Assembly (NCBI GenBank): GCA_021613535.1
Contig: CP075495.1
Location: forward strand, 9,238,001 to 9,302,000
DNA from: Adineta vaga
Lineage: Eukaryota; Animalia; Rotifera
DNA: 64,000 bases
Reading direction: 5' to 3'
This document shows, piece after piece, positions 1 through 11,800 of the stretch (the first letter of the stretch is position 1; each line of letters begins with the position of its first letter). Both the position numbers and the translations under genes were made by a program. A model generated the notes under the pieces. The model saw only the letters and a program-made list of their open reading frames with translations. It was not told the origin of the DNA and did not search any database.

Positions 1-3000
1 ATACAACGACATTTGATATCCTAGAAAAACACGGATCTAACAATAGCACATGCGAATTGGAATGTACTCGTGATGAAGTTGATTTTATTCAGCGTCATTT
101 AGGAGAATTAGTCACTCGCGATCATCGATCAATATGGTTTACTTATAAAGCAAAACCAACTGATGAACCATCGGAAAATAATCGAAACTATTTTCCAAGA
201 CCTTTGCCACATAAATCATGGACAGCATTGTATAATTTCGGTGCAATGCTTTCTTATGATATATTTATTGATCATATCAAAAATAATCGATCTCCAGTTT
301 CAATTAAAATAGATAGGGATATACGTGGACGACCAAAAAGTCTTATTTTGCAAACAAAACATACCGAATATCGAATGATATTTGATTTTAATTCGTTTCA
401 TACCGATATACTTGTTAAATATGGTGAAGAAAAGAAAAATGAATCTGTTCAAATTGTATTTATGCTTCAAGGATTACCAGAAATTCAGCGAAAATCTAAT
501 GATGGAAGTTATATCAGGTAAAATAAATATGTTTTCATAGCTGTGCTACTGGTGCATACAATTTACAATCTTGGAAATTCACATGCCAATATTAATATAT
601 TTAGAATATGTCATAAGTCAAATCAGAATATTCCGGTCGAAACTATCTCTGAATGTTCAGATTTGTGGCTACAGTTTGATCATTCTTCGGATGCAATCGA
701 ATTTCTTCAACAATTTTCTACTAATAGTAGCATCAAATCTTTTGTTATAAATTATGCTGATTTTCAAAATGTGCCATCTTCACATTACAATCAGTTACAA
801 TCACCACGATTTAATACCCATGCTTCATCCGATTTGGCTCATTATGCTATAGAAATGCTTCGCTCTCTTGGCTATCTATTTTTAGATAAATATCTTATTT
901 ATGAAAAATTTCAACACATACTCAATTTAGATCGTGAACAATCGCCGAAGGATTTCTATGAACTATGTTTTAAGTTGTGGGATAAACTTAAAAAGAACCA
1001 CTGTTATTCGTTGGAAGATATCTTTAATGATGACGACAAAAGCAACCGTAAATTATCCAAGACTCGATATCAAATTCCACACTTTATTATCACTCCACTA
1101 CGCAACTTAATTCAACCAATGCATGAAACAATTGGTCATCGAGCTATGCGACAGTATACGAGTGAGAAAGGATTTCAATGGATGCTTGTTTATATTCGAG
1201 ATGAAGATGGTTTGAAAAAGATCAATGATATTAATAATAATCGTGAACTTAGAGAACGATATAAGAATCTTTTGCAAGAAGGTATATGTTTAGGATCATA
1301 TTCATTTGAACAACTAACATATTATTACTTTGGTTCATCGGGAAGTCAAATGAAAAAGCAAGAATTCTGGTTTATGTCACCAGTGAACGAAAGTGCAACG
1401 AATGCTGCATCTAAAGTTAATGAAGCTCGTACAATATTAGGTGATTTGAAGAAAATTCGAAATGTTGCAACCTATATTGCTCGAGTTGGCCTTTATTTGA
1501 GCAGTTCAAAATCAACAGATGTAAGCATAAAATACGATTGTCAACAGTTTTACAAGAAGTATTTCTACAGATACAATTAAAATATAATGATGAACCTTGT
1601 TGGTGGCAATTTCTATTAAATAATTTTGCTCCAAAATGGGTGAAATTTTCATCCGATCAAACAAAATATCCAGCTCATCTAATTGAAGATATCGAATGTA
1701 ATGGATATTGTTTTACCGATGGTGTAGGTCTCATATCATTAGGTTTGGCGCGAAAAGTCGCTACATCTATTGGGATTCGTTTTAGTAAAAACGTCTGTTC
1801 ATCTTTCTAATCAAATATGACTTATCAATTCCTAAATTTTATATAGGATGATATTCCATCTGCATATCAAATTCGTCTTGCTGGATGTAAAGGAATGCTT
1901 TCAATCGATCCTCGGTCAACATGCAATGATTATTATGTCAAAATTCGAAAGAGTATGAAGAAATTTGATAATGATGATTGGACATTGGATGTTGTTGATC
2001 ATTCTCGCTTAAGTAAGTCAATAGATAAACTTGCATCATTTATACCGTCATCAAATTATAGTGTGTTTAAGTTTAAATAATCAAATTATCCGTCTCTTAT
2101 ATGATCTTAATAATAAAAATAAAGCTGTCTTTGAATCATTACAAAATCGATGTGTCTTACATGATCAATGGCATCCACCAGAAGAAAGATATTACAATAT
2201 TTTTGATTCACAAGATACCGATCGAATTAATGATGAAAAGAGACGACGAAAATATTTGAATGCGTAAGTCTAATAGGTTTTTTTCCTCTCTGCTTCATAT
2301 TCTTTATTTATATACCTATTTTATGTAGAAAAGATTTTTTATGTCGTAATCGAATTCCATTACCTGTCGATGAAGCTCGTTATCTATTTGGTATTGCAGA
2401 TGAAACGAATTCATTGAAGGAAGGTCAATGTTTTATTCAATATCAAAAAATGAATAGAAAAACTTATGAAGTTGTAACAGGTAAATGAATCGACTACAAC
2501 TTACAGATAGATCTTTGTTCTATGTCCAAATCCTACCATTTACACAAATTGATTCTAATCACTATTATTGACACCATGATTATTTTTCTTTTGTATAGGT
2601 GAAGTTTTAGTAACGAAAAATCCATGTCTTTATCCAGGTGATATTCGTCGGCTGCAAGCTGTCGATATTCCAGCACTTCGACCATTTATTCGAGATTGTA
2701 TTGTATTTCCTGTTAGAGGTTCACGACCACACTCTAATGAAATCTCGGGATCGGATCTTGACGGGGATCAATACTGGGTATATTGGGGCAAAGATCTTAC
2801 TATTAATGAAATCATACCACCTTTATCTTATACGCCAGCGACAAAGAAAACAGTGCCGAGCGTAACACCTGATGTAATTGTCAATCATATTTTGGATACA
2901 ATGGATAATCAAACAACGGGAATTATTAGTAATACACATTCAGTTATAGCTGATAGAGCAGTAGATGGAACGAAATCTACCGATTGTAAGTTTTTGGCCG

Positions 3001-3437
3001 ACGTTTTTGCTCGAGCAATTGATTCTATTAAAACTGGCGAAGAAATTCATATGAAAAAAGTTCTGGAGCTACGAGAAAAGTGGTGTAAGGAATATCCATC
3101 GTGGATGATGAAAAACAATAAACCTAAATACAAAAGTGAATCGATCAATGGATACTTATTTGAAAAAGTTCAAAACTTACGAATTGAAGGACGTGCTTAT
3201 AAAAATATACACAAAAAGTATGATAGAATCAATGCAGAGACAAGAATAGATATGGAAAGAGAAAATGGTAATGATGATACGAATGAGCAACGATCTCTAA
3301 TATATATAACAAGATTTATATCGAATACATTGCACAGGATGTCACGAATTCATTTTCATCGTCAGTTTCTGTTTCTAAAACTTTCATTGGCTTTTTTACT
3401 TATATTTATATTTGTACTGTATTCTCTTATAGAATAA
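1..3437 (+). CDS. Cellular (RNAi-type) RNA-dependent RNA polymerase, 5' end outside the window; exons approx. <3-517, 605-1520, 1571-1792, 1847-2013, 2062-2263, 2329-2480, 2599-3437
   Basis: Phase-consistent GT-AG splicing gives the RdRP motifs in order: YYFGSSGSQMK, ARVGLYLSSS, FTDGVGLIS, PSAYQIRLAGCKGML, LNNQIIRLL, LFGIADET..LKEGQCFIQ, KNPCLYPGDIR, and IVFPVRGSRPHSNEISGSDLDGDQYWVYW (catalytic DLDGD at 2754-2768). Confidence 0.96.
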
Positions 3438-3783
3438 ATATACGAAAACTCAAATTAATTATTTACCCAGTTGCTCAACATTGGACAGGTTGGTTCAATC
3501 AAGACTAAGACACATATTTTAGCGTAGATAGCAAACATTGTTCTTTGGAATTCATTCTGAAAGATGCTTTTCTCCATCATTTCGAGTTTCTTTCTGATAT
3601 TACGATAGTAGCTCAAGTTAACCTCTAAAATGATCATTGATATATTTTACTCTATGTACCTCTTCCTTTTCTATGCATGTACTTTTTCGTTATCAATCAA
3701 TTACAAAATACTTCCGTTACTCTCATATCTAAATAAATAATTTATTTTCTACAAAATTAGTGTGAAAAAAATTCCAATGGTAC

Positions 3784-4233
3784 TTAACAAATACAAGTTT
3801 TGTTTTCATAATAAACATGCAATGCATAGGCACTGACAAAAAAGATGCTACTACCTGCTGAAAGAATGATACGAATAGGCAAATTCAAATTTTGATCATT
3901 ATAAGTTAATTGTAAATAGAAAAACGTAAACATCAAAAGAAATATTATACAAACAATAAGAAAATGACGATAAATTTGACAATGCTGAGCAATTTTTTTT
4001 AAACATTTATATGTTAAAAGAAAACCCAAACAGAAATAAATAATACAATCATATGGTATATAATAATTTCTACCCATATATGGATCTTTACTTAAAATAT
4101 TTCCAATTGATAATAGAAATGCAATTGTAATTAATATAATATCAAAACAAACGATATAATTAATAAAATTCACAAATGGTGATAGGAGATTATTACATGA
4201 TCGATGACTTCTATTCGTATGATTAGAAGCCAT
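3784..4233 (-). CDS. Hypothetical 149-aa membrane protein with about 4 hydrophobic segments, single exon
   Basis: ATG-started stop-free 450-nt ORF in very AT-rich DNA, with a polar N-terminus and four ~20-aa hydrophobic stretches. No family recognised. Confidence 0.5.
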   Translation of the reverse strand: MASNHTNRSHRSCNNLLSPFVNFINYIVCFDIILITIAFLLSIGNILSKDPYMGRNYYIPYDCIIYFCLGFLLTYKCLKKIAQHCQIYRHFLIVCIIFLLMFTFFYLQLTYNDQNLNLPIRIILSAGSSIFFVSAYALHVYYENKTCIC

Positions 4234-5874
4234 GTTTCACAATAAATAATAGATGATTAAATTGATAAATTTTAGAAGATTCCTATCGATCTAAATTAAA
4301 CAAAAACAAAAAGTTTTCTTCTAAATATCTATCATCAAAGACGGATATGAGTTGAAAAAAAAAGACATTATATTTCAAGGACTTATTAATAGTTCCAGAA
4401 ATTGTCTAGACGATTCAATTATACGGTTTAAACTATGATTAAAGCAATATCAACAAAAATTAAATATCATCAGAAACTCTTTCAAATACGAAATAATAAA
4501 TAGCTATGGAAAATAATCAGACAAAAAACTATCTTACATTGGCGATCAAAATAGACTGATCAGAATAAATTAAAAGTCAAAGAAAAGAGAGAGACGCAAT
4601 AGCTGATTCGAAAGGATATGCATGAATGAATATCATGGTTGATTTTATGATTTATAAGAAGAAGAAAAAACGTCATATGTTGAAATGTGTCATAAATATA
4701 CCGTTTGTCACAAGTGTGAGTATTTATAAACGTATTTAAACAAAAAAATATGGAACGAAAATATATACTAAGTATCACATCCATTAGATATTCAATTCAT
4801 TATCATGCAAACTAATTTCTGGTTCTATTAATACATTTGTGAAATATTGATATAGATAGTTGTTTTATTATTAGTGTATTTTTTTTGTATATTCCATTAC
4901 TATCTTTTGACATCTTTATAGCATTATTTTTGTATAATTTATGAATCATTTTTTTTAACACTGTTACTTGATTCCATGAAAAATAGGATTAATCAAACGA
5001 ACACATACAAATAAATATGCATAAGAATTAATCATTATTAACTACTTTCTATTCAGTCAAATCTCTCGAGAATATAAACAAGATGACTGAAGAGAAAGTA
5101 GTTTTCCTTTTTCTCCGTCAATATATCACGAAGTAATATATTCACTATGAATAGACCATTTATTCTATAAAAAACCGGATTGATACATAAAACTCATGAA
5201 TTTCTACTGAATATATCCATCGTCATTTTGTTGTTGTTGATACTATATTCCAGAGATGTGATATTTCCAATTGAAACTAACGTAAGTAGAACTCGACTTT
5301 TATTAGAAACATAGATATCTTAATATAGTTTCCGTTTTGATATAATGATTATTCAAACTACTCATAGTAATAAAAACTTCATCATTATACTAAAAGTCAT
5401 GTTTAGTTTGTAAATGGAAGTGCGTGTCTGTGATGATTTCACATAATATGAAATAAGAGGATACTTTTTATTCGAGAAGATAAGAATGTTATACAAAAGC
5501 CCAATAACAAGCATTTAAAAAAAAGAAAAGGAAGGTCCTTTTTTGTTTTCATTTTCACAGAATAATTTCATTCGATAATCAACAAGAAAGAAATCATTGT
5601 ACTGTAAATTTCTAGATAACAATGATAAAATGGAAAGAAAGAAACGCGAGAATATGTTTGATGAAATTACATAAAGAGAAGAGCAAATGACAATGAAATT
5701 TGTACAGTCATAATTATGGCAAGAAGAAAGAAACGTATTGAAAAATACTGATTCACACATTTCTTCATGAATTTGTTCACACTCAAGATGATATCATATA
5801 ATTAAGAGAGAAAAGAAATATATATTAATACACAAGAAAATAAGGCATTTTCCAATAGTCAATGGACGGTGTAT

Positions 5875-8800
5875 TTAAATAATGTCTTTGAGAATATCGA
5901 TTACGTGGAAATTGCTTGTTTGATGTTCAATGCCATGAAGTTTGTATGCTTGGCTGAGACACTCGTCTTCCTGTAGTTCTCTGGAAAAGAAAACACAAAA
6001 ATAAGTTAAGATCTATCGAAAATGATTGAAAAATATGCATAGCAGGAAAACAAAAACTAATTTGTTCATACGACAAAAATTAGCATATGAGCAAGAAACA
6101 AGACAACACATACGGAAATAGGAGGATGATTAGCATGCGAACTAGACATAAAAGAAGAATATATTGATCAGAAATAACATCGTACCACAGAAACTATGAT
6201 TTTCATATTCAAAAACCAGACATTCGACAAACTTCTCCTCACCTTTATACATTGATGCTATCACTCCTGAGAAGAAAAAGTGATTAGAGATGAACAAGAA
6301 TATTTGTTATCAAGCAAAGGTAAATTCAATGAATGTCATAATGATTGTTAAGTATGTATAGATTTTGTTTTTGATTTCTATCTTACCGTATTCTCATTTG
6401 ATCAAGATCTGTTGTTAAACGATTTTTTGCTTCAACTAATCGAGCAATTGCTCTTATCAATTGTTCTTCACGTTCTTTATCTTTTGCTGTTTTTTGTTCA
6501 TCTAAATTTAACAGAAAAACGAACAGTTGTTTATTTTTTCTACAAAAAATTGAAATATAAAACATAAATATCTTCGAAAATAGTTAAGTTTTCTGAGAAC
6601 AATCATATGGTTAGGATTGATTATAGATAAAATCATATGGATGTTTTTAGTAACTATGAACATCAAGTTTCCACTTTAATTTGATAATCAATCTGTCAGG
6701 TTTACATGAAATCTCATTTATCTTTGCGCGAAGAGGATAAGAAGAAAAATCAGTCTCTATATTCGACAACAAGAACGATGTCTTAACTAATACTATTAGA
6801 TCATATTGAACTTTCAGCTAAAAGAACATTAGAAATCTTTTGACCGACAGTTTTACCTGGTAGATAAATTAATTGTCTATATTCATGTTCTGCTCGAGCA
6901 CGTTCATTTTCCAATGTTAATCCACGTTTTGCCATAGATAATTCTTCTTCTCGACGTTGAAGTGTTGTTCTTTCACGAACTGAACATAAACATTCTCTTT
7001 CCCAATAGGATCTTTTCATTTCATTATTTGTACATGAATCTAGAAGAAGAATAAAAATCATTTGATCCAACCTTTTTTCTAACAATAAAATCGTTTTACT
7101 TAGATTTTGTCGTGCGATTTGATGACGTTTCTCTAATTCAATACGTTTTTGTTCAAGTTCATCGAGTTCACGTTGAATTTCTTGTGAACGTCGAAAACGA
7201 ACTAATTCTTTTTGTCTTTCATCTCGTTGTTGCCGTCGTTCATCACTAGAACGTTGTTTTTCATCATCAATCAATGATTGTGAAGACGATGTTGTTGTCG
7301 TTGATAATGATGATGTCGATGATAGATTTAAATTTGATTGAGGTTTGAGAAGTTTTTTCTTCTTTTGATTTGTTTCTTCCAAATTTCGATTCGTTGACAA
7401 TGTCATTTGATAATCCGTAGATGGTAAGGGTGATGACGGACGATTTCGTCCACGTCGTTTAAAACGTTGTTTACTCAATTCATTTGGTGTTTGCTTCGAA
7501 TCCGTATGAAAATTTTCATCATTATCAATTAAATGAATTGTTAATGTCTCATCAAATGTTTTACTACGAACAAGTGTTGATGATGATTTTCGATCAGATT
7601 CATTGGAAACAGATTGATTGATGCGTTCAAAACCAATACCTTCTCGTTTTTTCTCATTATTAGGTATATTTACAACATTAAGAGGATGTGGTTTATGACT
7701 AAGAGCATCTTTCAATGATGGATATAGACGAACATTATGATTCCATTGCGTATTTGTATTAACATGTGATGATTGTATTAAATTTGGATAAATATTTGCT
7801 GATCGGGGTTCTATTAAATTGTAAAAAAAAGAAGAAGAAATACAAAAGTTGTTAAGATGATTTCATATTATTAAAAATTTATTTTATTCTTTTGCGTAGC
7901 AGAGAAATTTCTTATTAATATATTGTTCGAAATAAATTGAATGACTTAAAAAAAGTAACACTAGTATATGTACCCATTATGAAATCATATATTACTGAAG
8001 AATATAAATAATATATGTAAAATCAAAGCAAAAAATGATCTATTTAAGTTTTTACTAATAAATTCTATTCTTTAAGAAGAAAAACAATAAAATCATGTCA
8101 ATTTAATTATAGTTATAAGCAAAAAAACAAGCATCTTGTTTTTTAGTATCGATTACTTGAACAAATAATAGGTTGTAGAAAAGAAAACTCATATTTCTGA
8201 ATTACTTCCTTCGTTCACAAATGATCAGGTACAGACAAAGATATCATAGAATGACTAAATAGACAAGAATCGTAAGTGTTTTTTATCATGTGAACATAAT
8301 TGACGATTAGGAAGAAATATGAAGTCTTTCTGACGTCGATACTAATTCATCAACTGAAGAAAAAAGAAAACAAGTAGAATAGCTTTTCTTAAGCATATAA
8401 AAGCATATCAATAATTCATTTTTATCTATTGACATCGCGTCGAAACTCGAAAGAAATCAACCTAGTTCTATGAAGTAGTATTCATTAGATCGTTCATTCG
8501 TTGTTTTTTTTTTCATAAGAAAGATTTCATATAATAGTTCGCGACTATTTTTATCGTCTTATTAAAAGAATTACGTTCTTTAGTAATATTTTATAAAGTT
8601 CTTTCTTTCAATTTCTATCTCTGAGCTTTTATGATTTTAAATATCTCAATAATAAATGAAATATAGAGTTTCTCTTTTTTTTGTTTTGTTTCATATCAAA
8701 CCTTGTTGAGTAACAGTCGCTAATGTTGTTGTTACTTGTTTTAGACGACTTTTACAAAAATGTAAGGTACAATAGAATTGATATGTTCCATTCGATGATA

Positions 8801-11800
8801 AATCATGATAATTATATTCACTTTCTTTTAATGATTTTTCACATGAATAACAATGTAAACATGTTTTATGGAAATATTGTTTATCAACGACAACTGTAGA
8901 TGATTCATCATATGTTGAACCACCACATATTCGACAGGGTGCACGAAAATATGACTAAAAAAAGAAGCGAGAAAGTTTTAACTTTTTTTATTGAGAAATT
9001 TCTTCTTCTTCTTCTTTTCACATTCGATTTAACTATTAGTTTACTTCTTACATGACGTGATAATAATAACATCTTAGAAGATAAGGTTTAAGTCTCACGA
9101 GTGTTCATAAATATATTTCAATTATCAGAAAAGCACGAGTTTTCTTCTTCATCGAACGACATATTAACTTACGTAGGAGATCCGGTCTGACTTTGTTGAG
9201 GGTGTTGCTAACACCTGTTGATCTAATGGAGAGACAGATGATGGTGAAAGGTCAACAGGTGATGGAGATTCAGATTGAATATGACCCGAATCTAATTGAA
9301 ATAAAGTAAGAATTTATTCTTTGCCGATCGAAAATATATTACCAATGCTTAAAAATTGTTTTCGTTCGGCAAATGATTTTTTCTCATTCGTTGTTTTCGA
9401 TATCTCGGTCGTTGAATCACTTTTTGATGTATCCAGTTTTAAACTAGAAAAGGAAGAAAGAAAGATATAGATTAGACAACAGGAAATATTCATGTCTACA
9501 CATCTTCGCATGTTCCAAAATCTAAAAATGTCGAATGAATAAACGTATTATTTGATTCTATATAGTTTTTTTTCATTGATTCGTAACAGTTCAAATCGGA
9601 ACTTTTTTGTTTGTTTGCATAGACAACTAACAAAGCGAATAATAAGTAGTTTATTAACCATTAGAAAAAAAGAGAAAAAAAGAGAATTGCTTGTTAGTTT
9701 GCTTGTTCATACATTACACATTGAGTAAATGAATATAGAAAGAACTTCTATAGAATTACGCTTTGTACTTTCCAATAGTAAGATTTTTAGTAGGAAAAAA
9801 AAGAGAATTTAGTTTAGAATCTAGATCAAGGAGAAAAGAATGAATACTCTATGGAGCATGCTGATATCTAATAGAATTGTTTAGCGTTTGATTGTTACCA
9901 ATTGGTTTATTTCGATATATATTCTAGTTTAAAATCGATGAGAGGTGAAAGTACAAATTTATTCTTTCTACACTCACTCATACCGACGTTCCTACAGTAT
10001 AGATCGAGAGAAGTTTTTTCTAAGACAGGTAAATTAGTAATTTCTCAATAAAACTATCACTTCGTTCGCTGGAATATAGAACGCTTACATGGCTCATAGA
10101 TTCTACTCTGTTATGTTTGTATTCGCATACATTTATGAGTCTTTCCACGAAACAATGAAAATGTAACCTATGATTGATTTTCTAATATGAAATAATAGAT
10201 AGTGAACCTTACTTTGTTACAAAGAAAAAATATAGACATGAGATTCGAAGAGTACTACGGATAGTTCTCTTGACAAGTTTAAAAGGACTTTTTTCGAATC
10301 TAATGGATTTATAAGGAGTTCAAGATAATCCTGTAGATTCGTAAGAAACCATAAAGGATCATAGAAAATCATGCGCAATATTGAAAATCTAATGTTTGAG
10401 GATTCAATGCTTCCTCCTCTCGACTTACACTGAATCGTCATCTTCATTGTTGTCTTCATCATCATCATCATCTTCTTCTTCTTCTTCATCGTCGTCATCG
10501 TCCGATTGATCGTCATCATCATCATCATCAGTAGTTTCTTCGATTGAAGAATTCGTTAGATTATCATTGGTTTTTGCTGATGTTTGTTCTCCATCGTCAT
10601 TTCTTGAAAATACAATCATATACTTGACTTACTCAATAAATATCTACTTACATTCTATTCAATGGTGAACCGTAGACAACTTCATCTTTTTCGTTATCAA
10701 CAATGTCTTTTTCGAGAGTAAATGAAACACGTTCATAAGTTTTTGGATTATCTAAATGACATGCTGATGATAATTGTTGATTGGATGATTTTTGTTTGTT
10801 TATATCAAGGCCTATTAAAATATAATTAACATCAATAGGAAAAGAAAACAGCGTTTTTTGTTTTTTTATTTATTTTCATCCGATTTTAGATGTCCTTGTT
10901 CGAGACTAATTTTTGCTTATCTATAATCAGACATTAAACATTCAACAATGTCAATCGTTCAATAATCGAAGGTTTTTTTTCATATTATTCAGTCGGTACA
11001 AACATATATATATATACATTTGTAAATTAAACGAAGGTAAGACAAAGATTTCGAGAAGAAAGAAGAGAAAAAGCGAGCGAGAATGAGAATATACTCATTC
11101 GTCATTTTCCATAGTGCTTCATTTCCTTCTTTCTCTCCGTCTCTCTATTTTCATCTCTATCTTCTCTTCATTTTCTTTTTTCTTTATTCAGAATGCAGCA
11201 GTAAGATAGTTAGTTAGTTAGTTAGTAACAAACAAAGAATTACGACAATATCATGGATGATACCGCACGTAATGCAACCAGAGGTTTGGTACGTGCTATA
11301 TTAGCTCTAACAAACGTAGAACGAAATTCAGCAAGCGTACAATCAACATGTCAATATATTCATTGTGTATTTTTTCTTAATGATCATGGTGATCATAATA
11401 GTACATGCCGTGTAACATCATCCATATCGGATGAAAATAAAATTGAATTACCATATTTTTCAATTTTTGCCAAATATATTCATTTATATGTTTATCCATT
11501 CTTTATTTTAATGGGTATACTTGGAAATAGTTTATCATGTTTTATCATGTTTATGAATGTTCGACGTAGTGGTTTTCCAACAAGTCTTTATTTAACATTA
11601 TTAGCCTTTGTTGATTGTTTATTTATATTAGGTAGTGCACTACCTGATTGGCTTTCTCAACTTAATTATAGACTTGATATAAAACTTTTATCAGATTTTT
11701 CTTGTCGATTTGTTTATTGGTTTGGTCATTTTACAACACATTTATCTGCTGGTCTAGTTGTTGGTGTTACTGTTGAACGTTTTATTGCCGTACAATATCC

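Noticed and set aside
2638-2865. 75-aa ORF suggesting a frameshift in the RdRP
   Set aside because: Wrong frame. The true exon from 2599 is open and continuous with ORF 2853-3437.
10217-10528. 103-aa ORF with poly-Met/poly-Lys
   Set aside because: Alternative-frame reading of the GAT/GAA tract of the MICAL acidic exon.
11208-11226. (TTAG)n run, also at ~40639-40652
   Set aside because: Only 3-4 units, so a simple microsatellite rather than a telomeric array.
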